64,000 nt of DNA from a virus. Positions 1-8,769 of the stretch are shown here, one piece after another (within the stretch, counting starts at the first letter, position 1; each line of letters starts with the position of its first letter). The DNA is taken from positions 96,309 to 160,308 of IMG/VR virus record IMGVR_UViG_3300045988_159943; one strand, 5' to 3'. The notes below the pieces were generated by a model that saw only the letters and a list, made by a program, of their open reading frames with translations, ran no database searches and was not told the origin of the DNA. Made by a program: the position numbers and the translations under genes.

Positions 1-1874
1 TTATATTCTTCACTATCAGGGGCATAATTTGACATCATGCTGGTCATAGCCGTGATTCTATTAGTTACTTGTCCAATTTTTGAGCCAAAACCTTTAATGT
101 TACTCTGAATAATATCATCTTCTGTGCAAATCTTCTTCTCTGCATTATATTGAATGCAATTTAGCGCTGGAAGGGGAGTGTGCCTACGTAAGAGCACTGG
201 ATTATTAGTTGTAAATAATAAGTCTCCATCAAAATCAAAACCATTAAGCGCCGCAGCCATGGTATCCCAGGCATTTACAACAACACAAGTGTCTATATAT
301 CTAAACCAATAGGAAGCACCCTCTGAGTAAGAAATATTTTGCGCCACAATAGAGTGTCCATTACTCATTGGGGCTCGAAAGCAAACAACTTTTTCTACAT
401 TTTTGTCTGCCCAATATTTACTATAGATTTCTCCAGCCTTAAGCGCTCCTGTTGCTTCAAGGCCAAACATACTTTGACACAAAGCTACTAAATCTCCAGA
501 TAAAATTTGAAAATTACCACGCACATCCAGTACACCAATTTTAGCATCTTGGATTCTACGGACAATCATTTTTTCAATCTTATGATAAATATGAGGGTCA
601 TTAATTAGATAATTATTCGCCATAAGGGCCTTTACTTCTGGATCTGCATACTTTATATTGTCTTCGTCCAATTTTGAGCCCGCCAAATAGACAATAGCTT
701 TTCTTGGGTCATTAAGTCTAATGTCTAAGATTGCATCTACAGTTGGGCTCACAAGCTCATCTATGTCATTATCTGTTAAGTTACTATATGGTTGTATGAA
801 TTGATAATTTAGCTGCCTAATATCATCAAGTTCATGCTCTGCTGTCTTAGCAACCCTGAATGTATAATGATTTTTTTTACAATTTGCCTCATAATCTTCC
901 CAGCTAGAATAACACTTCCATAGTTTTAACTGCCCCTCGGTCAATATAAGCTCTGCTTCACGAATATCTCTATCCATGCCCCAAACATCTTTGATTATAT
1001 ACGAACCAACGTTTTTTTCAGCCCATTCTATGAAGTCAAAAGTGAATGCCATGCCCTTCGTCCAGGCATTTCTCAAGTTTACTCCACTAATTGTGCGCTC
1101 AAGCTTATCCCCGAGCTCAGTATTCCAACGCCGAGAAAGTGATGGAAGCATCATACCACATCCATCACTAGCATTATTTGAACAATCTGCATCTTTTTCG
1201 AGCTGTACAATTGGTTCTTTAGAAGTATCACTGTCGTCAATATTGATTCTATCGGAAATAAAATGCGTTATAACATCTGGTACAACAATAACTCCATGCG
1301 GCCAACTTACTGGCACAGAAGCGCTAGAGCATAATGCTTCATAGGCTCCGAGCTTTGCAGGCACTAATTTTACGTTTTTATCACGTCCATTATCAATACG
1401 TTCTCTTAATTTGTCTCTTAGACGGGCGCTTATATACTGGATAGTTTGAGTTTTTACTCCATTTGTGGTAGTAAGAAGCCTAAAATATTGAATTCCATTG
1501 ATTTTGAAGCCTTTGTTGGCTCTAATATAGTCGCTAGTTGCCCTGTCCATGATTACAGAGACATAATCTTCTCGAAATTGAATTTTATATAACTTTTCAT
1601 ACAAAGATTTGATTTGTTTTCTCGTTTCATATGTATTTTTTTGCTTTTTGAGCATTTTTATCTCTTTTCGTATCTCTTTTGCCATTTCATCAATATTTTC
1701 AGTACCATTTAACTCATTTATCCACGTTAATATCTGAGAATCTGCTAATGAAATCAACATACCAGTGTCTTTTCTCGCCTCATCTAAAGAGATTGTTAAA
1801 TCCCAATTATACTGCGCGAGAAAATCTGAATGCAATTTGAGGCAATATTGCTGTGTTTTCTGTTGTTTTGCCAT
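1..1874 (-). CDS. DxDGD-motif single-subunit RNA polymerase (YonO-like; beta-prime-like), N-terminal ~620 aa, continues past window start
   Basis: Hand-translated minus-strand ORF from ATG at 1872-1874 (RBS-like upstream) open to position 1. Contains ...AWDTMAAALNGFDFDGDLLFTT... (rc of ~205-270), matching the NADFDGD catalytic loop of msRNAP beta-prime and YonO. Plus-strand ORF 976..1344 inside it is spurious. Confidence 0.5.
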   Translation of the reverse strand, partial: MAKQQKTQQYCLKLHSDFLAQYNWDLTISLDEARKDTGMLISLADSQILTWINELNGTENIDEMAKEIRKEIKMLKKQKNTYETRKQIKSLYEKLYKIQFREDYVSVIMDRATSDYIRANKGFKINGIQYFRLLTTTNGVKTQTIQYISARLRDKLRERIDNGRDKNVKLVPAKLGAYEALCSSASVPVSWPHGVIVVPDVITHFISDRINIDDSDTSKEPIVQLEKDADCSNNASDGCGMMLPSLSRRWNTELGDKLERTISGVNLRNAWTKGMAFTFDFIEWAEKNVGSYIIKDVWGMDRDIREAELILTEGQLKLWKCYSSWEDYEANCKKNHYTFRVAKTAEHELDDIRQLNYQFIQPYSNLTDNDIDELVSPTVDAILDIRLNDPRKAIVYLAGSKLDEDNIKYADPEVKALMANNYLINDPHIYHKIEKMIVRRIQDAKIGVLDVRGNFQILSGDLVALCQSMFGLEATGALKAGEIYSKYWADKNVEKVVCFRAPMSNGHSIVAQNISYSEGASYWFRYIDTCVVVNAWDTMAAALNGFDFDGDLLFTTNNPVLLRRHTPLPALNCIQYNAEKKICTEDDIIQSNIKGFGSKIGQVTNRITAMTSMMSNYAPDSEEY

Positions 1875-1992
1875 ACACATCACCTACTTGTTATCGTTTA
1901 GAAAATTAACTTAATTTTTAATTTTTAATGCTATTTGATAAATTACCTTACTTAAGTAGCAAAAATTAAAAATAGGGCTAAATTTCTAATAC

Positions 1993-2286
1993 TCAAGTCT
2001 CGTTTGAAGAATTTTTTCTTAAGTTCTTCATACGTTCTGCTGCCGCTGCCCTTTGCTCATCTGTCATATTGACTTTTTTAGGAGGGGAGACTTTAAGCCA
2101 AGACTTAGGAATATGGGCTAAAATAATACCTCCGTTTTGCTCAGGAGGGGTTATAATATCTATTTCTTCTGGATACTGTGATTTAAGCTTTAATATTTTG
2201 TTTACCCATTTGCGCTCCCCTGAACAAAATGTCGCATAAGAGTCAACGTTAATATATTCGACGCATGTTTCTATAAAATCTGCCAT
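1993..2286 (-). CDS. hypothetical protein (97 aa)
   Basis: ORF track; GGAGG RBS upstream on minus strand (rc of 2290-2300). Confidence 0.5.
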   Translation of the reverse strand: MADFIETCVEYINVDSYATFCSGERKWVNKILKLKSQYPEEIDIITPPEQNGGIILAHIPKSWLKVSPPKKVNMTDEQRAAAAERMKNLRKNSSNET

Positions 2287-2288
2287 CT

Positions 2289-2834
2289 TTATACCTCCAA
2301 TAATTTTGGATTGTCAATGATATTGTCAATAACTTTAATATCAGAAAAATCCCCATAAGGATCTTGAAGCATTAAACACAAAGTAGAATACTCGACATGA
2401 GGATACTTTCCATTCCAGTAATCATATCCATTAAATTCAATGCCATCAAGAGGAATGGAAGTTAACATGTCCATTTCTTTGCAATACCAAACTAATTCTT
2501 TCTGCCTATACGAATCTGCACGGCCAAACCCAACAATATCATTCTCAAAAATAAGATTACCATGTCTATCAAAATGGTTTGTACTTAAACAGACTGTGGT
2601 AGGATCAACTTCATGCCAGCCATAATCTCTGTATTCTCCCATACAAATATGTTCGCATTCTAAAGAAAAAATGGCGTGTACGATGTCTTTGCCGTGAGAG
2701 TATTCTTCTGGAATGGCAACATAATAGCCATAAACCCATTCCTTTGTATGTATATCTTTTGCCCTACAAATATTTCTGTACAGTGGGGTGCCTTCAAATG
2801 TTCCAAAAATACCATTTTTAGTATTGTCCATCAT
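2289..2834 (-). CDS. hypothetical protein (181 aa)
   Basis: ORF track; RBS cggaggaacaATG on minus strand. Confidence 0.5.
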   Translation of the reverse strand: MMDNTKNGIFGTFEGTPLYRNICRAKDIHTKEWVYGYYVAIPEEYSHGKDIVHAIFSLECEHICMGEYRDYGWHEVDPTTVCLSTNHFDRHGNLIFENDIVGFGRADSYRQKELVWYCKEMDMLTSIPLDGIEFNGYDYWNGKYPHVEYSTLCLMLQDPYGDFSDIKVIDNIIDNPKLLEV

Positions 2835-3001
2835 TGTTCCTCCGAAATTTCATAAGATGCATAATCACCAAGTATTTGTAAAATCTTATTTAAGAATTTT
2901 AGTCTTTGAGTATTGTTCATGCCATAGTACTCATTTGCAAAGCTAGTAGATTCCAATGAATAGATAATATCATCTGCATAAAATCCAAACTCACTACTCA
3001 T
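2831..3001 (-). CDS. hypothetical small protein (56 aa)
   Basis: Hand-translated MSSEFGFYADDIIYSLE...; GGAGGTG RBS (rc of 3003-3015); 4-nt overlap with downstream gene. Confidence 0.35.
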   Translation of the reverse strand: MSSEFGFYADDIIYSLESTSFANEYYGMNNTQRLKFLNKILQILGDYASYEISEEQ

Positions 3002-3023
3002 AATTTACACCTCCAAAACAGTT

Positions 3024-3290
3024 TTAAGGAATATCAATAACCGCAACCCCTAAATATTCAATATCTTCTTGTCCTTCGTACCAATCGTTAAACCACATAA
3101 TATCATCTGCATTGTACAGACTACAGCATTCAACTAAGTATTCCCATTTTATTTCATGTGAATATTTACATCTTAGATAAACTAAAAAGCAACTTGCAGA
3201 TGTATTAGACCATATTCTTTTAAGCAATGAATCCTCAGAGTTGTCTAATAGTGGTTCAAAATTAATTTTTGGCATTTTCAAATTGTCCAT
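3024..3290 (-). CDS. hypothetical protein (88 aa)
   Basis: ORF track; RBS GGAGGTG on minus strand. Confidence 0.45.
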   Translation of the reverse strand: MDNLKMPKINFEPLLDNSEDSLLKRIWSNTSASCFLVYLRCKYSHEIKWEYLVECCSLYNADDIMWFNDWYEGQEDIEYLGVAVIDIP

Positions 3291-3292
3291 AA

Positions 3293-3709
3293 TTACACCT
3301 CCAACACTTCATCTGATGCATAAAAAGTAACCCACTTGTCACGGTTGGCTTCGGCTTGTTCTTTGGTACGGTAGCAGTTGCCGAGCTTGTAGTAATTTAA
3401 ATGGTCAGACCCAAATTCACTACTGAAAACAGAATCATATACATCTCCAGTCTCAATTACGAAGAAAAAACTATCACCATCTTCTGGCTTCCAAGGCTTG
3501 CGTTTGATAATGAAATCACCATAGATAAGATGTGTCAAAAGATATTCACCAGAACAAGCTCTGCCTTCTGCGTCAATTTCTATATCTTTATCAGTAAAAT
3601 AGTAATTAAACTCACTAATAGGTTTATTTGAACCAACATCAACAATTTTAAATCTTTTACCAAGCTCAACTCCGAGCATCTTTGCGACTTCTTCCATATA
3701 GTTTGCCAT
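3293..3709 (-). CDS. hypothetical protein (138 aa)
   Basis: ORF track; RBS GAGGAGG on minus strand. Confidence 0.5.
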   Translation of the reverse strand: MANYMEEVAKMLGVELGKRFKIVDVGSNKPISEFNYYFTDKDIEIDAEGRACSGEYLLTHLIYGDFIIKRKPWKPEDGDSFFFVIETGDVYDSVFSSEFGSDHLNYYKLGNCYRTKEQAEANRDKWVTFYASDEVLEV

Positions 3710-3710
3710 T

Positions 3711-4031
3711 TTAATTTACCTCCTCATTGTCTGAACTAAAACTACAAATTCCAAATTTTGTGTTTAGCAACTCATCTATGGATATATCAAACCATTCTGC
3801 AATTTCTTTTAATGTAGCTGGACGGCTGATTGTGAGAGTTGTATCTCCATTATCTTCTACAAACACCTCATTCTCAAACACGACTTTAATTGGTTTATTT
3901 GTAGTTGGGATAATATATAAACAATCAATAAATTTAGATTTATCCTCGAATAAATCACAAGTTTTATAAAGACAATCTCCAAAAGCGCCCAGGCATACAT
4001 CATAGTGAATGCAATCTTCACATATATTCAT
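3711..4031 (-). CDS. hypothetical Cys-rich protein (106 aa; start trimmed to MNICEDCIHYD)
   Basis: ORF track ORF 3711..4079; internal ATG at 4029-4031 has GGAGGAC RBS and overlaps stop of upstream gene (TAATG). Confidence 0.45.
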   Translation of the reverse strand: MNICEDCIHYDVCLGAFGDCLYKTCDLFEDKSKFIDCLYIIPTTNKPIKVVFENEVFVEDNGDTTLTISRPATLKEIAEWFDISIDELLNTKFGICSFSSDNEEVN

Positions 4032-4237
4032 TAAAAGTCCTCCTCGTCTGGCTCTTCTAGCTCCATTCCCAAAATGCATCCAACTTCATATGCCGCCCAG
4101 CTCGTACCCGACATATAGCCATCATCAAAGCAATCATATGAATTTCCTTCTGAGCGCTCCCATGTGTATCCTGTAGCACGTTGGTTGTAGTTATGTTTAA
4201 CCCATTGCTCAAGTTCTTCTCTGATTTTGTTGTTCAT
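4031..4237 (-). CDS. hypothetical protein (68 aa)
   Basis: ORF track; RBS GGAGG (rc of 4245-4250). Confidence 0.45.
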   Translation of the reverse strand: MNNKIREELEQWVKHNYNQRATGYTWERSEGNSYDCFDDGYMSGTSWAAYEVGCILGMELEEPDEEDF

Positions 4238-4253
4238 TTAAAACTTCCTCCAA

Positions 4254-4742
4254 TTAGTCTTTTACAATATATCCAAACGGCACATTGCCATCTACAATAG
4301 ACCTCCAATGAGAGATTACAAATGAGCTAGTATATTCACCATTATATTTTTCAAGATTTTTCTCTGCTGCTCTCTGTAAAGACTCAAAAGTATCTTTAGA
4401 GATAGTTTTCTCAAAACTATCAGCGTACTGTGGATAAAGCATATTATCATAATTTACAATCTTCATTCCACATTCATTGGTAGGGAATGACCAATCTCTA
4501 ATAAAATCCCACATCGTGCAACCTGCCTGAAAGCCAGTAATACCAAATTCAGAAGATAAATACCATGCCGTTGCTAGTGCGGCTTGGGCAATTGCTCTTG
4601 GTGCCGTGCCATAACCAGTATTACAAGTATTCTTCACTCGTTCTAAAAAAGATACAAGGTCATCAAAAGATTCGATGTTTTTGCGTTCATTTTCTAGTTG
4701 GGCCTTTACCTCAAATTCTCTGCTTTCAGTTTCGATATACAT
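4254..4742 (-). CDS. hypothetical protein (162 aa)
   Basis: ORF track; RBS AGGGAGGAA on minus strand. Confidence 0.5.
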   Translation of the reverse strand: MYIETESREFEVKAQLENERKNIESFDDLVSFLERVKNTCNTGYGTAPRAIAQAALATAWYLSSEFGITGFQAGCTMWDFIRDWSFPTNECGMKIVNYDNMLYPQYADSFEKTISKDTFESLQRAAEKNLEKYNGEYTSSFVISHWRSIVDGNVPFGYIVKD

Positions 4743-4756
4743 AATTTATTCCTCCC

Positions 4757-4993
4757 TTAGTTCACAACACAAATTTTCTCAAAGTCTTCTTCCTTATATT
4801 CAATATCTCTGGAAGAATAGATATCTCTATATTTGTCCATATAATAAAGACTAGGCTCATAATAGACTTCATGGTAGTCGTTTCCCTCATCATCTACGGC
4901 ATAATAGCAATCTAAATCTCCATGTTGGGACATGAAAGATTGTAAGTTTTCAATCATTTGTGAAATTTTCATTTGGTTGCGCCTCCTTATCAA
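4757..4993 (-). CDS. hypothetical protein (78 aa)
   Basis: ORF track; RBS AGGAGG (rc of 4998-5004). Confidence 0.45.
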   Translation of the reverse strand: MIRRRNQMKISQMIENLQSFMSQHGDLDCYYAVDDEGNDYHEVYYEPSLYYMDKYRDIYSSRDIEYKEEDFEKICVVN

Positions 4994-5049
4994 ACATAGA
5001 AAATCCAGATTGGGTTTACATCTATGCCTTTGATATTTAACTTCTTTCT

Positions 5050-5169
5050 AATGCGCTTGTGTCTTTTAACATCCTTTGGATGATATCTTCCGAGCGCATC
5101 TTTATATCCTTTTTTGATACCATAGAATGCATCATAGGTTGGAGAGTAAACTTGTTCATTTAGTATTCC
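5050..5169 (-). CDS. hypothetical small protein (39 aa)
   Basis: Hand-translated MNKFTLQPMMHSMVSKKDIKMRSEDIIQRM...; GGAGGAA RBS (rc of 5172-5180). Confidence 0.3.
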
Positions 5170-5172
5170 TCC

Positions 5173-5487
5173 TTAACCACACTCACATTCAGAAAATGTA
5201 ATCTCATACAAAGCTTGTGGCCCCATAGGAAGATCTCCAATATAATCATCTCCACAATACACATATGCAGTGTCTGGTAGATAACAAATATCAGGCTGAT
5301 TTAGTTTGCCGCACCATTCTTTAAAAGCTTTATAGTCAGCCTCGTCAATTACTCGCTGGATTTCATTTCGCATGTCAGGGGGCATCATGTGATGGTACCA
5401 GTAATAGATAATGCTGATTTCTCTGTCAGCAATATTTGTATCTAGAATTAGAGGTGGGTGCATAGATAAAAATTCTCGTAATGTCAT
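5173..5487 (-). CDS. hypothetical protein (104 aa)
   Basis: ORF track; RBS AAGGAGAATATATTCTATG on minus strand. Confidence 0.5.
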   Translation of the reverse strand: MTLREFLSMHPPLILDTNIADREISIIYYWYHHMMPPDMRNEIQRVIDEADYKAFKEWCGKLNQPDICYLPDTAYVYCGDDYIGDLPMGPQALYEITFSECECG

Positions 5488-5499
5488 AGAATATATTCT

Positions 5500-5630
5500 C
5501 CTTAATAAATAATTTTGTATTGTATATTATATTATAAATATATATAAATATTTAATTACTCTATAGTTTATATATATCCCTTATATATTTATATATAATA
5601 TATATAATTAATATAGGCTCCAGGCCGCCG
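5500..5630. repeat. AT-rich block (TATATA-type tracts) followed by a GC clamp ggctccaggccgccgggcc; origin-like
   Basis: Direct reading: >85% AT over ~100 nt with reiterated tatatat/ttatat units, then a short GC-rich palindromic segment. Confidence 0.4.
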
Positions 5631-5737
5631 GGCCAAGAAAAAGCGTTAGCGTCAAGAAAATAAAATTTAATTTGAGCCGCAAGGCGAAAATTAAATTAGA
5701 GCGTTGTTTTGGCCGTAGGACAAAATAATGCGGGATA

Positions 5738-5770
5738 GTTATCTTATAGTTATCTTATAGTTATCTTATG
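5738..5770. repeat. 3 tandem copies of 11-bp iteron AGTTATCTTAT
   Basis: agttatcttatagttatcttatagttatcttatg read directly. Confidence 0.8.
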
Positions 5771-5785
5771 TACTCCTATTTTGAT

Positions 5786-5850
5786 ATAGTACCCTACTAT
5801 AGTTTTTATATAGGGGGGTACTATATAGTTTTTATAGTGGGGACTCTATA
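5786..5850. repeat. 2-3 copies of ~20-bp repeat (c)TACTATAGTTTTTATA(g/t)(g/t)GGGG
   Basis: ccctactatagtttttatatagggggg / tactatatagtttttatagtgggg read directly. Confidence 0.7.
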
Positions 5851-6164
5851 AATAGGTAGGAGTTTGGATCTTCAGAGAAGTCATTTTTGATGAGATAGCC
5901 CTTTTGTTTAAGTTCTCGCTTTGCGGCAAAATAGGCTTGTTCAGACATGTGTACTTTAGAAATTGCATCTTGTTTACTGAGATAGAAGTCTTCTTGGATT
6001 TCTTGGAAGCTGCCTAAGTAGATGTAAAGTTTGAGGGCATTTTTGCTTAGGGTGTTTGTTGCGTTAAAGAGAGCGTCTTTGTTATAGATGCCAAATTTGT
6101 TGTTTTGGTTTCTTGGTACGCTCTGGAATATGATGTGATTTTGGTTGGTAAATAGTTTTGCCAT
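5832..6164 (-). CDS. putative replication initiator / replisome-organiser-like DNA-binding protein (110 aa from MAKLFTNQ...)
   Basis: ORF track ORF 5832..6260 trimmed to ATG with GGAG RBS. LSKNALKLYIYLGSF... weakly resembles phage replisome organiser/DnaD N-terminal region; lies beside iterons. Confidence 0.35.
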   Translation of the reverse strand: MAKLFTNQNHIIFQSVPRNQNNKFGIYNKDALFNATNTLSKNALKLYIYLGSFQEIQEDFYLSKQDAISKVHMSEQAYFAAKRELKQKGYLIKNDFSEDPNSYLFIESPL

Positions 6165-6558
6165 AGTTGTTTTGCTCCTTGTAGTGTAATAATTTTGTAC
6201 TGTAGGAATTATAACATAGTTGAGAAGTATTGTCAATATATGTGGTGGGATTTTATGCAATGTTTTGTTGGTAATATTTAGAGTGAGGGAGATAAATGAT
6301 AGGTATTTTTGTGGAAAAGTTATAATTTAATGATAAGAAATTGTTGTTGTTTTACGATGATTTATTTTAAAAGTGAGATTTTTTAAAGAAGGAGAGGTGG
6401 ATTTAAAATGAATTGTTATATTTTATGGCATGAATTAATGATTGATTTTTATTATAAATGAGCATTCTGTGTGGAAACAATGTAATTTTTAAAAGGGTGT
6501 AATAAGGGGGATTTTTCAGTCAGTGTGTGAAAAAAACACCCTATAGTCTAACCAAATA

Positions 6559-6583
6559 AACCACAACATATTGTGGTTTTTTC
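6559..6583 (+). terminator. intrinsic terminator-like hairpin (aaccacaa-cata-ttgtggtt + T6)
   Basis: 8-bp perfect stem, 4-nt loop, TTTTTT tail. Confidence 0.5.
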
Positions 6584-6679
6584 TACCCCAATACACTATA
6601 TATTGTGGGTTATTCAATAATTCAAACAAATACATATTTGTTTTACTTTTCCCTAGGATGTGGTATTATATGGGTGTCC

Positions 6680-7300
6680 CAGGGGACAGGACATAAAACA
6701 AAGCCCCAACCCGAGGAATCGGGTGTTAGCTTTGGGAACAAAGCGAAAACTGTATTACAACAGTAATACAGTTGTACCTTCCACCAGGATGAAAAGTAAA
6801 TAATATGTCACTGCCGGGATATAGCTATGACCATAGGAGGGGTCTGTCCAAAAATGGAAAGCTATCGGTTGATAGGGAAACAACTATCAATATCTCCCAT
6901 TACGATTGACGGGGGCAGTATAAACATACCCAATATGCTATCCTGGGGCCTAATCTACCCTTGGATAAGTGGGGCCAGGACATAGGGGGCACTCTATGTG
7001 CTACGTCTATGCCTGTAATGTCCGTGCAAAAGCCCATTTCAAACCACTGGATGCGCAGAGTATCCTTTGGGGGTATGCACGTCAAGGCCCACGTCGTGAC
7101 ACCCTTGGGGGATACTATCTCCCAGGGATTAACAACGGCAATGAGCCGTGGGCGACAAAAGCCATAGACATAACCATGCGTATTAGATTTGCATGGTTGG
7201 GTGGTATGTCACCAATGTGTACATACCGTTTTGGTAGGTGTGGGTGTGCTATGGCTAGTAGAACATAATAACTAGAGCTATCGTGTGTATACATGGTAGC
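6680..7300 (+). ncRNA. candidate large structured non-coding RNA (~620 nt), ends at intrinsic terminator
   Basis: ~650-nt island (6640-7310) with higher GC than flanks, no ORF with RBS (three overlapping track ORFs look spurious). Many perfect 7-9 bp hairpins (6751-6772, 6869-6895, 7173-7200, 7209-7233). Possible -35/-10 (ttgttt...tattat ~6640-6672). Terminator at 7273-7310. Boundaries approximate. Confidence 0.35.
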
Positions 7301-7310
7301 TCTTTTTGTT
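7273..7310 (+). terminator. intrinsic terminator (tagagcta...tagctct + TTTTTGTT)
   Basis: 7-8 bp stem, loop cgtgtgtatacatgg, T-rich tail. Confidence 0.6.
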
Positions 7311-7349
7311 GTGTGCTACTATCAGGGTATAGCAATAGGAGGTAATACT

Positions 7350-7583
7350 ATGTTATTAGCAAGCACTCAATTATTTGATATGTGCAATAATTGGATGTAC
7401 CACAACATGGATTGTGTTGATTGGGACATGCTAGCATATTGCTACATCAACAAACACTACTCTTATGATGAAACCATTGACGATGATGGTAATGTACTTG
7501 ATAGCTTTCAAGTTATCACTGTGCATGACCTGCAAAATGCCTGTGATGAAGTAGGCATTGATATTGACTGCATCAATTTTTAA
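7350..7583 (+). CDS. hypothetical protein (77 aa from MLLASTQ)
   Basis: ORF track 7293..7583; AGGAGG RBS 7 nt before ATG at 7350. Confidence 0.4.
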   Translation: MLLASTQLFDMCNNWMYHNMDCVDWDMLAYCYINKHYSYDETIDDDGNVLDSFQVITVHDLQNACDEVGIDIDCINF

Positions 7584-7680
7584 CAACACGCCTATGCCCT
7601 GATAGTAGTGCATAACTACACCAAAATTAGGGTGATGACCTATCATCAGATTGGGCAAAATGCCCAAATAGGAGGAAATT

Positions 7681-8397
7681 ATGAACGCTACCACTACCAT
7701 GAACGAGTACGCAAACGCCATCACTGACAACCGTTGGATGGCTAAGGCACAGTTGGATGCCGACAACATGGGAACCACCACCTGGAAGCAGTATACCCAG
7801 TTGTGCGACAACATCGCCATCGCTTCCTGGGACAAGCTCACTGGACGCAAGGGCGATGACGATACCCTGGCAAAGTCCCTTATCGGCCTCTTTGCCTTCT
7901 TCGGTTGTGATGCCCGTCCCACCGTGGACATGCAGAACCGTTTCCTGCTCTCCTGCGTGACCGTCAAGAGGATGCAGTCCGAAGCCATGAGACAGGCTCG
8001 GAAGAATCTGCGCAGTGCCAAAAACCTGCTCGAAGAGGCCCAGGAATCCATTCCCCTGGATGAAAAGGCCGTGGAAATCTACCAGAACAAGGTCAAGGAG
8101 TACGAAGCAACCGTCACTCGTATGGAGTCCGAGCCTAAGAATGTCTGGTATGACAAGATTCCCATGCTCTCTGCCGACTATAGCCACGCATCCAAGAAGT
8201 GCCGTAAGCTCATCGAGGATGAGATGGCCGATGTCCTGGCCGAGCGTGGACTGATGACCATCGAGGAGAAGTTGGCCGAGAGACAGAGACTGGATGACGA
8301 ACGTGATGGTCGTAACCGTCGCAAGAAGAAGGAAGCCCAGGCCAAGAAGCAGGAAGAGTCCAAGGCCGAGAGCAACAATGCGCCCGAATCCAAGTAA
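7681..8397 (+). CDS. hypothetical protein with KE-rich C-terminal tail (238 aa); GC-rich island
   Basis: ORF track; RBS AGGAGGAAATTATG; ~55% GC. Minus-strand ORFs 7431..8051, 7627..8400, 8178..8498 are GC-driven spurious ORFs. Confidence 0.6.
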   Translation: MNATTTMNEYANAITDNRWMAKAQLDADNMGTTTWKQYTQLCDNIAIASWDKLTGRKGDDDTLAKSLIGLFAFFGCDARPTVDMQNRFLLSCVTVKRMQSEAMRQARKNLRSAKNLLEEAQESIPLDEKAVEIYQNKVKEYEATVTRMESEPKNVWYDKIPMLSADYSHASKKCRKLIEDEMADVLAERGLMTIEEKLAERQRLDDERDGRNRRKKKEAQAKKQEESKAESNNAPESK

Positions 8398-8398
8398 C

Positions 8399-8413
8399 AC
8401 AGTACAAAATTAT
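8399..8413 (+). promoter_or_regulatory. variant copy of conserved leader motif (ACAGTACAAAATTATcgg)
   Basis: Immediately after stop of 7681..8397; followed by weak GC hairpin. Confidence 0.4.
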
Positions 8414-8533
8414 CGGGGGTAGACTCACTCTGCCCCTTTCCTCTCCAAGTAGAACTCCTTGCCGTGGGGGAGAGGCCCGAACCGTAACAGGTCGCCAAGT
8501 TCTACAATAAAAATCTAACAGGAGAAATAACCA

Positions 8534-8691
8534 TGTTCTATCTCGCTCTCGTCGGCATCATCTGTGCCCTTCTCGCCTTGGGGGACTATGCAATCTCCCT
8601 GTTCTTCTATGCCCTCTATCTCTATGATGGGGGGCATCATTCTTTCCGGTGGTATCGTAACTTTATGAGCAACACCACCATTGAATGGTAA
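8534..8691 (+). CDS. small hydrophobic membrane protein (52 aa) MFYLALVGIICALLALG...
   Basis: Hand-translated; RBS AGGAGAAATAACCATG; below ORF-track size cut-off. Minus-strand ORF 8515..8748 rejected. Confidence 0.4.
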
Positions 8692-8769
8692 CGTTGCGTA
8701 GGGCTTTTTAGCATAAAGTTGAAAGGCCTTATGGAGTGTTACCAACAACTCCAGAAAGGATGTTAGCGC

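Noticed and set aside
976-1344. Plus-strand 122-aa ORF
   Set aside because: Lies antisense inside the minus-strand RNAP gene, has no RBS and a low-complexity S/L-rich translation.
6900-7268. Three overlapping ORFs (6900..7085 -, 6961..7167 +, 6969..7268 +)
   Set aside because: Mutually overlapping, no RBS, Pro/Gly/Arg-rich translations typical of GC-driven random ORFs; region better explained as structured RNA.
8414-8445. Hairpin gggg...cccc after the motif copy at 8399 as a terminator
   Set aside because: Only 4 G-C pairs with a 14-nt loop and no T-run; too weak to call.
7431-8498. Long minus-strand ORFs (7431..8051, 7627..8400, 8178..8498, 8210..8428) and plus ORFs 7757..7960, 8015..8254
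   Set aside because: Antisense or out-of-frame within the GC-rich gene 7681..8397, which has a proper RBS; GC richness suppresses stop codons.
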